Under the pieces are notes generated by a model. The model searched no databases. It saw only the letters and a list, made by a program, of their open reading frames with translations, and was not told the origin of the DNA. Positions 1 through 15,000 of a stretch of 64,000 nt of DNA are shown here, piece by piece (position 1 is the first letter of the stretch; every line of letters begins with the position of its first letter). The position numbers were made by a program, and so were the translations under genes. Source of the DNA: Mobula hypostoma (lineage: Eukaryota). The DNA lies in the NCBI RefSeq assembly GCF_963921235.1, contig NC_086097.1, positions 100,628,001 through 100,692,000 of the forward strand, in the 5' to 3' direction.

Positions 1-3000
1 GTGAGATTACTGTTCAATCACACCGACACCCTTTCTCCCATTCCACAGTGAGATTACTGTTCAATCACACCGACACCCTTTCTCCCATTCCACAGTGAGA
101 TTACTGTTCAATCACACCGACACCCTTTCTCCCATTCCACAGTGAGATTACTGTTCAATCACACCAACACCCTTTCTCCCATTCCACAGTGAGATTACTG
201 TTCAATCACACCGACACCCTTTCTCCCATTCCACAGTGAGATTACTGTTCAATCACACCGACACCCTTTCTCCCATTCCACAGTGAGATTACTGTTCAAT
301 CACACCGACACCCTTTCTCCCATTCCACAGTGAGATTACTGTTCAATCACACCGACACCCTTTCTCCCATTCCACAGTGAGATTACTGTTCAATCACACC
401 GACACCCTTTCTCCCATTCCACAGTGAGATTACTGTTCAATCACACCGACACCCTTTCTCCCATTCCACAGTGAGATTACTGTTCAATCACACCGACACC
501 CTTTCTCCCATTCCACAGTGAGATTACTGTTCAATCACACCGACACCCTTTCTCCCATTCCACAGTGAGATTACTGTTCAATCACACCGACACCCTTTCT
601 CCCATTCCACAGTGAGATTACTGTTCAATCACACCGACACCCTTTCTCCCATTCCACAGTGAGATTACTGTTCAATCACACCGACACCCTTTCTCCCATT
701 CCACAGTGAGATTACTGTTCAATCACACCGACACCCTTTCTCCCATTCCACAGTGAGATTACTGTTCAATCACACCGACACCCTTTCTCCCATTCCACAG
801 TGAGATTACTGTTCAATCACACCGACACCCTTTCTCCCATTCCACAGTGAGATTACTGTTCAATCACACCGACACCCTTTCTCCCATTCCACAGTGAGAT
901 TACTGTTCAATCACACCGACACCCTTTCTCCCATTCCACAGTGAGATTACTGTTCAATCACACCGACACCCTTTCTCCCATTCCACAGTGAGATTACTGT
1001 TCAATCACACCGACACCCTTTCTCCCATTCCACAGTGAGATTACTGTTCAATCACACCGACACCCTTTCTCCCATTCCACAGTGAGATTACTGTTCAATC
1101 ACACCGACACCCTTTCTCCCATTCCACAGTGAGATTACTGTTCAATCACACCGACACCCTTTCTCCCATTCCACAGTGAGATTACTGTTCAATCACACCG
1201 ACACCCTTTCTCCCATTCCACAGTGAGATTACTGTTCAATCACACCGACACCCTTTCTCCCATTCCACAGTGAGATTACTGTTCAATCACACCAACACCC
1301 TTTCTCCCATTCCACAGTGAGATTACTGTTCAATCACACCCTCCCAATCTCCCATTCCACAGTGAGATTACTGTTCAATCACACAAACACCCTTTCTCCC
1401 ATTCCACAGTGAGATTACTGTTCAATCACACCAACACCCTTTCTCCCATTCCACAGTGAGATTACTGTTCAATCACACCGACACCCTTTCTCCCATTCCA
1501 CAGTGAGATTACTGTTCAATCACACCGACACCCTTTCTCCCATTCCACAGTGAGATTACTGTTCAATCACACCGACACCCTTTCTCCCATTCCACAGTGA
1601 GATTACTGTTCAATCACACCGACACCCTTTCTCCCATTCCACAGTGAGATTACTGTTCAATCACACCGACACACTTTCTCCCATTCCACAGTGAGATTAC
1701 TGTTCAATCACACCGACACCCCTTCTCCCATTCCACAGTGAGATTACTGTTCAATCACACCGACACACTTTCTCCCATTCCACAGTGAGATTACTGTTCA
1801 ATCACACCGACACCCTTTCTCCCATTCCACAGTGAGATTACTGTTCAATCACACCGACACCCTTTCTCCCATTCCACAGTGAGATTACTGTTCAATCACA
1901 CCGACACCCTTTCTCCCATTCCACAGTGAGATTACTGTTCAATCACACCGACACCCTTTCTCCCATTCCACAGTGAGATTACTGTTCAATCATACCGACA
2001 CCCTTTCTCCCATTCCACAGTGAGATTACTGTTCAATCACACCGACACCCTTTCTCCCATTCCACAGTGAGATTACTGTTCAATCATATCAACACCCTTT
2101 CTCCCATTCCACAGTGAGATTACTGTTCAATCACACCGACACCCTTTCTCCCATTCCACAGTGAGATTACTGTTCAATCACACCGACACCCTTTCTCCCA
2201 TTCCACAGTGAGATTACTGTTCAATCACACTGACACCCTTTCTCCCATTCCACAGTGAGATTACTGTTCAATCACACCGACACCCTTTCTCCCATTCCAC
2301 AGTGAGATTACTGTTCAATCACACCGACACCCTTTCTCCCATTCCACAGTGAGATTACTGTTCAATCACACCGACACCCTTTCTCCCATTCCACAGTGAG
2401 ATTACTGTTCAATCACACCGACACCCTTTGTCCCATTCCACAGTGAGATTACTGTTCAATCACACCGACACCCTTTCTCCCATTCCACAGTGAGATTACT
2501 GTTCAATCACACTGACACCCTTTCTCCCATTCCACAGTGAGATTACTGTTCAATCACACCGACACCCTTTCTCCCATTCCACAGTGAGATTACTGTTCAA
2601 TCACACCGACACCCTTTCTCCCATTCCACAGTGAGATTACTGTTCAATCACACCGACACCCTTTCTCCCATTCCACAGTGAGATTACTGTTCAATCACAC
2701 CGACACCCTTTCTCCCATTCCACAGTGAGATTACTGTTCAATCACACCAACACCCTTTCTCCCATTCCACAGTGAGATTACTGTTCAATCACACCGACAC
2801 CCTTTCTCCCATTCCACAGTGAGATTACTGTTCAATCACACCGACACCCTTTCTCCCATTCCACAGTGAGATTACTGTTCAATCACACCGACACCCTTTC
2901 TCCCATTCCACAGTGAGATTACTGTTCAATCACACCGACACCCTTTCTCCCATTCCACAGTGAGATTACTGTTCAATCACACCGACACCCTTTCTCCCAT

Positions 3001-6000
3001 TCCACAGTGAGATTACTGTTCAATCACACCGACACCCTTTCTCCCATTCCACAGTGAGATTACTGTTCAATCACACCGACACCCTTTCTCCCATTCCACA
3101 GTGAGATTACTGTTCAATCACACCGACACCCTTTCTCCCATTCCACAGTGAGATTACTGTTCAATCACACCGACACCCTTTCTCCCATTCCACAGTGAGA
3201 TTACTGTTCAATCACACCGACACCCTTTCTCCCATTCCACAGTGAGATTACTGTTCAATCACACCGACACCCTTTCTCCCATTCCACAGTGAGATTACTG
3301 TTCAATCACACCGACACCCTTTCTCCCATTCCACAGTGAGATTACTGTTCAATCACACCGACACCCTTTCTCCCATTCCACAGTGAGATTACTGTTCAAT
3401 CACACCGACACCCTTTCTCCCATTCCACAGTGAGATTACTGTTCAATCATATCAACACCCTTTCTCCCATTCCACAGTGAGATTACTGTTCAATCACACC
3501 GACACCCTTTCTCCCATTCCACAGTGAGATTACTGTTCAATCACACCGACACCCTTTCTCCCATTCCACACTGAGATTACTGCTCAATCACACCGACACC
3601 CTTTCTGCCATTACACAAAGAGATTACAGTTCAATCACACCGACACCCTTTCTCCCATTCCACAGTGAGATTACTGTTCAATCACACCGACACCCTTTCT
3701 CCCATTCCACAGTGAGATTACTGTTCAATCACACCGACACCCTTTCTCCCATTCCACAGTGAGATTACTGTTCAATCACACCAACACCCTTTCTCCCATT
3801 CCACAGTGAGATTACTGTTCAATCACACCGACACCCTTTCTCCCATTCCACAGTGAGTTTACTGTTCAATCACATCGACACGCTTTGACCCATTCCACAG
3901 TGAGATTACTGTTCAATCACACCGACACCCTTTCTCCCATTCCACAGTGAGATTACTGTTCAATCACACCGACACCCTTTCTCCCATTCCACAGTGAGAT
4001 TACTGTTCAATCACACCGACACCCTTTCTCCCATTCCACAGTGAGATTACTGTTCAATCACACCGACACCCTTTCTCCCATTCCACAGTGAGATTACTGT
4101 TCAATCACACCGACACCCTTTCTCCCATTCCACAGTGAGATTACTGTTCAATCACACCGACACCCTTTCTCCCATTCCACCGTGAGATTACTGTTCAATC
4201 ACACTGACACCCTTTCTCCCATTCCACAGTGAGATTACTGTTCAATCACACTGACACCCTTTCTCCCATTCCACAGTGAGATTACTGTTCAATCACACCG
4301 ACACCCTTTCTCCCATTCCACAGTGAGATTACTGTTCAATCACACCGACACCCTTTCTCCCATTCCACAGTGAGATTACTGTTCAATCACACCGACACCC
4401 TTTCTCCCATTCCACAGTGAGATTACTGTTCAATCACACCGACACCCTTTCTCCCATTCCACAGTGAGATTACTGTTCAATCATATCAACACCCTTTCTC
4501 CCATTCCACAGTGAGATTACTGTTCAATCATACCGACACCCTTTCTCCCATTCCACAGTGAGATTACTGTTCAATCACACCGACACCCTTTCTCCCATTC
4601 CACAGTGAGATTACTGTTCAATCACACCGACACCCTTTCTCCCATTCCACAGTGAGATTACTGTTCAATCACACCGACACCCTTTCTCCCATTCCACAGT
4701 GAGATTACTGTTCAATCACACCGACACCCTTTCTCCCATTCCACAGTGAGATTACTGTTCAATCACACCGACACCCTTTCTCCCATTCCACAGTGAGATT
4801 ACTGTTCAATCACACCAACACCCTTTCTCCCATTCCACAGTGAGATTACTGTTCAATCACACCAACACCCTTTCTCCCATTCCACAGTGAGATTACTGTT
4901 CAATCACACGAACACCCTTTCTCCCATTCCACAGTGAGATTACTGTTCAATCACACCGACACCCTTTCTCCCATTCCACAGTGAGATTGCTGTTCAATCA
5001 CACAGACACCCTGTCTCCCATTCCACCGTGAGATTACTGTTAAATCACACTGACACCNNNNNNNNNNNNNNNNNNNNNNNNNNNNNNNNNNNNNNNNNNN
5101 NNNNNNNNNNNNNNNNNNNNNNNNNNNNNNNNNNNNNNNNNNNNNNNNNNNNNNNNNNNNNNNNNNNNNNNNNNNNNNNNNNNNNNNNNNNNNNNNNNNN
5201 NNNNNNNNNNNNNNNNNNNNNNNNNNNNNNNNNNNNNNNNNNNNNNNNNNNNNNNNNTCACACTGACACCCCTTCTCCCATTACACAGTGAGATTACTGT
5301 TCAATCATACCGACACCCTTTCTCCCATTCCACAGTGAGATTACTGTTCGATCACACTGACACCCCTTCTCCCATTCCACAGTGAGATTAATGTTCAATC
5401 ACACTGACACCCCTTCTCCCACTCCACAGTGAGATCACTGTTCAATCACACCGACACACTGTCTCCCATTCCACAGTGAGATTACTGTTCAATCACACCG
5501 ACAGCCTTTCTCCCATTCCACAGTGAGATTACTGTTCAATTATATCGACTCCCTTTCTCCCATTCCACAGTGAGATTACTGTTCAATCACACGGACACCC
5601 TTTCTCCCATTCCACAGTGAGATTACTGTTCAATCACATCAACACCCTTTCTCCCAATCCACAGTGAATTTATTGTTCAATCATACCGACACCCTTTCTC
5701 GCATTCCACAGTGAGATTACTGTTCAATCACACTGACACCCCTTCTCCCATTCCACAGTGAGATTATTGTTCAATCACACTGACACCCCTTCTCTCACTC
5801 CACAGTGAGATCACTGTTCAATCACACCGACACCCTGTCTCCCATTCCACAGTGAGATTACTGTTCAATCACACCGACAGCCTTTCTCCCATTCCACAGT
5901 GAGATTACTGTTCAATCACATCAACACCCTTTCTCCCATTCCACAGTGAATTTATTGTTCAATCATACCGACACCCTTTCTCGCATTCCACAGTCAGATT

Positions 6001-9000
6001 ACTGTACAATCACACCGACACCCTTTCTCGCATTCCACAGTCAGATTACTGTTCAATCATACCGACACATCTTCTCCCATTTCACAGTGAGATTACTGTT
6101 CAATCACATCAACACCCTTTCTCCCATTCCACAGTGAATTTATTGTTCAATCATACCGACACCCTTTCTCGCATTCCACAGTGAGATTACTGTACAATCA
6201 CACCGACACCCTTTCTCGCATTCCACAGTCAGATTACTGTTCAATCATACCGACACCCCTTCTCCCATTTCACAGTGAGATTACTGTTCAATCACACCGA
6301 CACCCTTTCTCCCATTCCACAGTAAGATTACTGTTCAATCACACCAACACCCTTTCTCCCATTGCCAGTGGGATTACTGTTCAATCACACCAACTGCCTA
6401 ACTCCCATTCTGCAGTTAGATTACTGTTCAATCACACCAACACCTATTCTCCCATTCTGCAGTGAGAATATTGTTCAATCACACCGATACCCTTTCTCCC
6501 ATTCCACAGTGAGATTACTGTTCAATCACACAGACACCCTGTCTCCCATTCCACAGTGAGATTACTGTTCAATCACACCGACAGCCTTTCTCCCATTCCA
6601 CAGTGAGATTACTGTTCAATCACATCAACACCCTTTCTCCCATTCCACAGTGAATTTATTGTTCAATTATACCGACATCCTTTCTCGCATTCCACAGTGA
6701 GATTACTGTACAATCACACCGACACCCTTTCTCGCATTCCACAGTGAGATTACTGTTCAATCACACTGACACCCTTTCTCCCATTCCACAGTGAGATTAC
6801 TGTTCAATCATACCGACACCCTTTCTCCCATTCCACAGTGAGATTACTGTTCAATCACACTGACACCCCTCTACCATTCCACAGTGAGATTACTGTTCAA
6901 TCACACAGACACCCTGTCTCCCATTCCACAGTGAGATTACTGTTCAATCACACCGACAGCCTTTCTCCCATTCCACAGTGAGATTACTGTTCAATCACAC
7001 TGACACCCCTCTCCCATTCCACAGTGAGATTACTGTTCAATCACACTGACACACTTTCTCCCATTCCACAGTGAGATTACTGTTCAATCACACCGACACC
7101 CTTTCCCCCATTCGACAGTGAGATTACTGTTCAATCACACTGACACCCCTTCTCCCATTACACAGTGAGATTACTGTTCAATCATACCGACACCCTTTCT
7201 CCCATTCCACAGTGAGATTACTGTTCGATCACACTGACACCCCTTCTCCCATTCCACAGTGAGATTAATGTTCAATCACACTGACACCCCTTCTCCCACT
7301 CCACAGTGAGATCACTGTTCAATCACATCAACACCCTTTCTCCCAATCCACAGTGAATTTATTGTTCAATCATACCGACACCATTTCTCGCATTCCACAG
7401 TGAGATTACTGTTCAATCACACCGACACCCTTTCTCCCATTCGACAGTGAGATTACTGTTCAATCACACTGACACCCCTTCTCCCATTCCATACTGAGAT
7501 TACTGTTCAATTACACCAACACCCTTTCTCCCGTTCCACAGTGAGATTACTGTTCAATCATACAGACACCCTTTCTCCCATTCCACTGTGAGATTACTGT
7601 TCAATCACACCGACACCCTTTCTCCCATTCCACAGTGAGATTACTGTTCAATCACATCAACACCCTTTCTCCCATTCCACAGTGAATTTATTGTTCAATC
7701 ATACCGACACCCTTTCTGGCATTCCACAGTGAGATTACTGTACAATCACACCGACACCCTTTCTCGCATTCCACAGTGAGATTCCTGTTTAATCAAAATG
7801 ACACCCTTTCTCCCATTCCACAGTGAGATTACTGTCCAATCACATCAACACCCTTTCTCCCATTCCACAGTGAATTTATTGTTCAATCATACCGACACCA
7901 TTTCTCGCATTCCACAGTGAGATTACTGTAAAATCACACCGACACCCTTTCTCGCATTCCACAGTCAGATTACTGTTCAATCATACCGACACATCTTCTC
8001 CCATTTCACAGTCAGATTACTGTTCAATCACACCGACACCCTTTCTCCCATTCCACAGTAAGATTACTGTTCAATCACACCAACACCCTTTCTCCCATTG
8101 CCAGTGGGATTACTGTTCAATCACACCAACTGCCTAACTCCCATTCTGCAGTTAGATTACTGTTCAATCACACCAATACCTATTCTCCCATTCTGCAGTG
8201 AGAATATTGTTCAATCACACCGATACCCTTTCTCGCATTCCACAGTGAGATTACTGTTCAATCACACAGACACCCTGTCTCCCATTCCACAGTGAGATTA
8301 CTGTTCAATCACACCGACAGCCTTTCTCCCATTCCACAGTGAGATTACTGTTCAATCACATCAACACCCTTTCTCCCATTCCACAGTGAATTTATTGTTC
8401 AATTATACCGACATCCTTTCTCGCATTCCACAGTGAGATTACTGTACAATCACACCGATACCCTTTCTCGCATTCCACAGTGAGATTACTGTTCAATCAC
8501 ACTGACACCCTTTCTCCCATTCCACAGTGAGATTACTGTTCAATCATACCGACACACTTTCTCCCATTCCACAGTGAGATTACTGTTCAATCACACTGAC
8601 ACCCCTCTACCATTCCACAGTGAGATTACTGTTCAATCACACAGACACCCTGTCTCCCATTCCACAGTGAGATTACTGTTCAATCACACCGACAGCCTTT
8701 CTCCCATTCCACAGTGAGATTACTGTTCAATCACACTGACACCCCTCTCCCATTCCACAGTGAGATTACTGTTCAATCACACTGTCACACTTTCTCCCAT
8801 TCCACAGTGAGATTACTGTTCAATCACACTGACAGCCCTCTTCCATTCCACAGTGAGATTACTGTTCAATCACACCGACACCCTTTCTCCCATTCCATAG
8901 TGAGATTACTGTTCAATCATACCGACACCCTTTCTCCCATTCCACAGTAAGATTACTGTTCAATCACACCAACACCCTTTCTCCCATTCCACAGTGAGAT

Positions 9001-12000
9001 TACTGTTCAATCACACCAACACCTTTTCTCCCATTCCACAGTGGGATTACTGTTCAATCACACGAACACCTATTCTCCCATTCTGCAGTGAGATTATTGT
9101 TCAATCACACCGATACCCTTTCTCCGATTCCACAGTGAGATTACTGTTCAATTACACAGACACCCTGTCTCCCATTCCACAGTGAGATTACTGTTCAATC
9201 ACACCGACAGCCTTTCTCCCATTCCACAGTGAGATTACTGTTCAATTATATCGACTCCCTTTCTCCCATTCCACAGTGAGATTACTGTTCAATCACACGG
9301 ACACCCTTTCTCCCATTCCACAGTGAGATTACTGTGCAATCACATCAACACACTTTCTCCCGTTCCACAGTGAATTTATTGTTCAATCATACCGACACCC
9401 TTTCTCGCATTCCACAGTGAGATTACTGTACAATCACACCGACACCCTTTCTCCCATTCCACAGTGAGATTACTGTTCAATCACACCGACACCCTTTCTC
9501 CCATTCCACAGTGAGATTACTGTTCAATCACACCGACAGCCTTTCTCCCATTCCACAGTGAGATTACTGTTCAATCACATCAACACCCTTTCTCCCATTC
9601 CACAGTGAATTTATTGTTCAATCATACCGACACCCTTTCTCGCATTCCACAGTGAGATTACTGTTCAATCATACCGACACCCTTTCTCCCATTCCACAGT
9701 GAGATTACTGTTCAATCACACTGACACCCCTCTCCCATTCCACAGTGAGATTACTGTTCAATCACACCGACACCCTTTCTCCCGTTCCACAGTGAGATTA
9801 CTGTTCAATCATACCGACACCCCTTCTCCCATTTCACAGTGAGATTACTGTTCAATCACACCGACACCCTTTCTCCCATTCCACAATAAGATTACTGTTC
9901 AATCACACCAACACCCTTTCTCCCATTGCCAGTGGGATTAGTTCAATCACACCAACTGCCTAACTCCCATTCTGCAGTTAGATTACTGTTCAATCACACA
10001 AACACCGATTCTCCCATTCTGCAGTGAGAATATTGTTCAATCACACCGATACCCTTTCTCCCATTCCACAGTGAGATTACTGTTCAATCACACAGACACC
10101 CTGTCTCCCATTCCACAGTGAGATTACTGTTCAATCACACTGACACCCCTCTCCCATTTCACAGTGAGATTACTGTTCAATCACACCGACACCCTTTATC
10201 CCGTTCCACAGTGAGATTACTGTTCAATCATACCGACACCCCTTCTCCCATTCCACAGTGAGATTACTGTTCAATCACACCGACACCCTTTCTCCCATTC
10301 GACAGTGAGATTACTGTTCAATCACACTGACACCCCTTCTCCCATTACACAGTGAGATTACTGTTCAATCATACCGACACCCTTTCTCCCATTCCACAGT
10401 GAGATTACTGTTCAATCACACTGACACCCCTTCTCCCATTCCACAGTGAGATTAATGTTCAATCACACTGACACCCCTTCTCCCACTCCACAGTGAGATC
10501 ACTGTTCAATCACACCGACACCCTGTCTCCCATTCCACAGTGAGATTACTGTTCAATCACACCGACAGCCTTTCTCCCATTCCACAGTGAGATTACTGTT
10601 CAATTATATCGACTCCCTTTCTCCCATTCCACAGTGAGATTACTGTTCAATCACACGGACACCCTTTCTCCCATTCCACAGTGAGATTACTGTTCAATCA
10701 CATCAACACCCTTTCTCCCATTCCACAGTGAATTTATTGTTCAATCATACCGACACCATTTCTCGCATTCCACAGTGAGATTACTGTTCAATCACACCGA
10801 CACCCTTTCTCCCATTCGACAGTGAGATTACTGTTCAATCACACTGACACCCTTTCTCCCATTCCACAGTGAGATTAATGTTCAATCACACTGACACCCC
10901 TTCTCCCACTCCACAGTGAGATCACTGTTCAATCACACCGACACCCTGTCTCCCATTCCACAGTGAGATTACTGTTCAATCACACCGACAGCCTTTCTCC
11001 CATTCCACAGTGAGATTACTGTTCAATTATATCGACTCCCTTTCTCCCATTCCACAGTGAGATTACTGTTCAATCACACGGAAACCCTTTCTCCCATTCC
11101 ACAGAGAGATTTCTGTTCAATCACATCAACACCCTTTCTCCCATTCCACAGTGAATTTATTGTTCAATCATACCGACACCCTTTCTCGCATTCCACAGTG
11201 AGATTACTGTACAATCACACCGACACCCTTTCTCGCATTCCACAGTCAGATTACTGTTTAATCATACCGACACCCCTTCTCCCATTTCACGGTGAGATTA
11301 CTGTTCAATCACACTGACACCCTTTCTCCCATTCCACAGTAAGATTGCTGTTCAATCACACCAACACCCTTTCTCCCATTGCCAGTGGGATTACTGTTCA
11401 ATCACACCAACACCTATTCTCCCATTCTGCAGTGAGAATATTTTTCAATCACACCGATACCCGTTCTCCCATTCCACAGTGAGATTACTGTTCAATCACA
11501 CCGACAGCCTTTCTCCCATTCCACAGTGAGATTACTCTTCAATTATATCGACTCCCTTTCTCCCATTCCACAGTGAGATTACTGTTCAATCACACGGAAA
11601 CCCTTTCTCCCATTCCACAGTGAGATTACTGTTCAATCACATCAACACCCTTTCCATCAATCCACAGTGAATTTATTGTTCAATCATACCGACACCCTTT
11701 CTCGCATTCCACAGTGAGATTACTGTTCAATCACACCGACACCCTTTCTCCCATTCGACAGTGAGATTACTGTTCAATCACACTGACACCCCTTCTCCCA
11801 TTCCACAGTGAGATTAATGTTCAATCACACTGACACCCCTTCTCCCACTCCACAGTGAGATCACTGTTCAATCACACCGACACCCTGTCTCCCATTCCAC
11901 AGTGAGATTACTGTTCAATCACACCGACAGCCTTTCTCCAATTCCACAGTGAGATTACTGTTCAATTATATCGACTCCCTTTCTCCCATTCCACAGTGAG

Positions 12001-15000
12001 ATTACTGTTCAATCACACGGACACCCTTTCTCCCATTCCACAGTGAGATTACTGTTCAATCACATCAACACCCTTTCTCCCATTCCACAGTGAATTTATT
12101 GTTCAATCATACCGACACCCTTTCTCGCATTCCACAGTGAGATTACTGTACAATCACACCGACACCCTTTCTCGCATTCCACAGTCAGATTACTGTTCAA
12201 TCATACCCACACATCTTCTCCCATTTCACAGTCAGATTACTGTTCAATCACACCGACACCCTTTCTCCCATTCCACAGTAAGATTACTGTTCAATCACAC
12301 CAACACCCTTTCTCCCATTGCCAGTGGGATTACTGTTCAATCACACCAACTGCCTAACTCCCATTCTGCAGTTAGATTACTGTTCAATCACACCAACACC
12401 TATTCTCCCATTCTGCAGTGAGAATATTGTTCAATCACACCGATACCCTTTCTCCCATTCCACAGTGAGATTACTGTTCAATCACACAGACACCCTGTCT
12501 CCCATTCCACAGTGAGATTACTGTTCAATCACACCGACAGCCTTTCTCCCATTCCACAGTGAGATTACTGTTCAATCACATCAACACCCTTTCTCCCATT
12601 CCACAGTGAATTTATTGTTCAATTATACCGACATCCTTTCTCGCATTCCACAGTGAGATTACTGTACAATCACACCGAAACCCTTTCTCGCATTCCACAG
12701 TGAGATTACTGTTCAATCACACTGACACCCTTTCTCCCATTCCACAGTGAGATTACTGTTCAATCATACCGACACACTTTCTCCCATTCCACAGTGAGAT
12801 TACTGTTCAATCACACTGACACCCCTCTACCATTCCACAGTGAGATTACTGTTCAATCACACAGACACCCTGTCTCCCATTCCACAGTGAGATTACTGTT
12901 CAATCACACCGACAGCCTTTCTCCCATTCCACAGTGAGATTACTGTTCAATCACACTGACACCCCTCTCCCATTCCACAGTGAGATTACTGTTCAATCAC
13001 ACTGTCACACTTTCTCCCATTCCACAGTGAGATTACTGTTCAATCACACCGACAGCCTTTCTCCCATTCCACAGTGAGATTACTGTTCAATCACACCGAC
13101 AGCCTTTCTCCCATTCCACAGTGAGATTACTGTTCAATTATATCGACTCCCTTTCTCCCATTCCACAGTGAGATTACTGTTCAATCACACGGACACCCTT
13201 TCTCCCTTTCCACAGTGAGATTACTGTTCAATCACATCAACACCCTTTCTCCCATTCCACAGTGAATTTATTGTTCAATCATACCGACACTATTTCTCGC
13301 ATTCCACAGTGAGATTACTGTTCAATCACACCGACACCCTTTCTCCCATTCGACAGTGAGATTACTGTTCAATCACACTGACAACCTTTCTCCCATTCCA
13401 CAGTGAGATTAATGTTCAATCACACTGACACCCCTTCTCCCACTCCACAGTGAGATCACTGTTCAATCACACCGACACCCTGTCTCCCATTCCACAGTGA
13501 GATTACTGTTCAATCACACCGACAGCCTTTCTCCCATTCCACAGTGAGATTACTGTTCAATTATATCGACTCCCTTTCTCCCATTCCACAGTGAGATTAC
13601 TGTTCAATCACACGGAAACCCTTTCTCCCATTCCACAGAGAGATTACTGTTCAATCACATCAACACCCTTTCTCCCATTCCACAGTGAATTTATTGTTCA
13701 ATCATACCGACACCCTTTCTCGCATTCCACAGTGAGATTACTGTACAATCACACCGACACCCTTTCTCGCATTCCACAGTGAGATTACTGTTCAATCACA
13801 TCAACACCCTTTCTCCCATTCCACAGTGAATTTATTGTTCAATCATACCGACACCATTTCTCGCATTCCACAGTGAGATTACTGTACAATCACACCGACA
13901 CCCTTTCTCGCATTCCACAGTCAGATTACTGTTCAATCATACCCACACATCTTCTCCCATTTCACAGTCAGATTACTGTTCAATCACACCGACACCCTTT
14001 CTCCCATTCCACAGTAAGATTACTGTTCAATCACACCAACACCCTTTCTCCCATTGCCAGTGGGATTACTGTTCAATCACACCAACTGCCTAACTCCCAT
14101 TCTGCAGTTAGATTACTGTTCAATCACACCAACACCTATTCTCCCATTCTGCAGTGAGAATATTGTTCAATCACACCGATACCCTTTCTCCCATTCCACA
14201 GTGAGATTACTGTTCAATCACACAGACAGCCTTTCTCCCATTCCACAGTGAGATTACTGTTCAATCACATCAACACCCTTTCTCCCATTCCACAGTGAAT
14301 TTATTGTTCAATTATACCGACATCCTTTCTCGCATTCCACAGTGAGATTACTGTACAATCACACCGATACCCTTTCTCGCATTCCACAGTGAGATTACTG
14401 TTCAATCACACTGACACCCTTTCTCCCATTCCACAGTGAGATTACTGTTCAATCATACCGACACACTTTCTCCCATTCGACAGTGAGATTACTGTTCAAT
14501 CACACTGACACCCCTCTACCATTCCACAGTGAGATTACTGTTCAATCACAGAGACACCCTGTCTCCCATTCCACAGTGAGATTACTGTTCAATCACACCG
14601 ACACCCTTTCTCCCATTCCACAGTGAGATTACTGTTCAATCACACCGACACCCTTTCTCCCATTCCACAGTGAGATTACTGTTCAATCACACTGTCACAC
14701 TTTCTCCCATTCCACAGTGAGATTACTGTTCAATCACACTGACAGCCCTCTTCCATTCCACAGTGAGATTACTGTTCAATCACACCGACACCCTTTCTCC
14801 CATTCCATAGTGAGATTACTGTTCAATCATACCGACACCCTTTCTCCCATTCCACAGTAAGATTACTGTTCAATCACACCAACACCCTTTCTCCCATTCC
14901 ACAGTGAGATTACTGTTCAATCACACCGACACCCTTTCTCCCATTCCACAGTGGGATTACTGTTCAATCACACCAACACCTATTCTCCCATTCTGCAGTG

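Noticed and set aside
1..21. Hairpin in the monomer (gatt...aatc)
   Set aside because: Only 4-6 imperfect base pairs; too weak to support a structure
21..47. Possible origin of the 47-mer from the CR1 3' region (cattccacac...caccctct at about 42133-42156)
   Set aside because: Similarity is short, low-complexity and needs a large gap; not distinguishable from chance by eye
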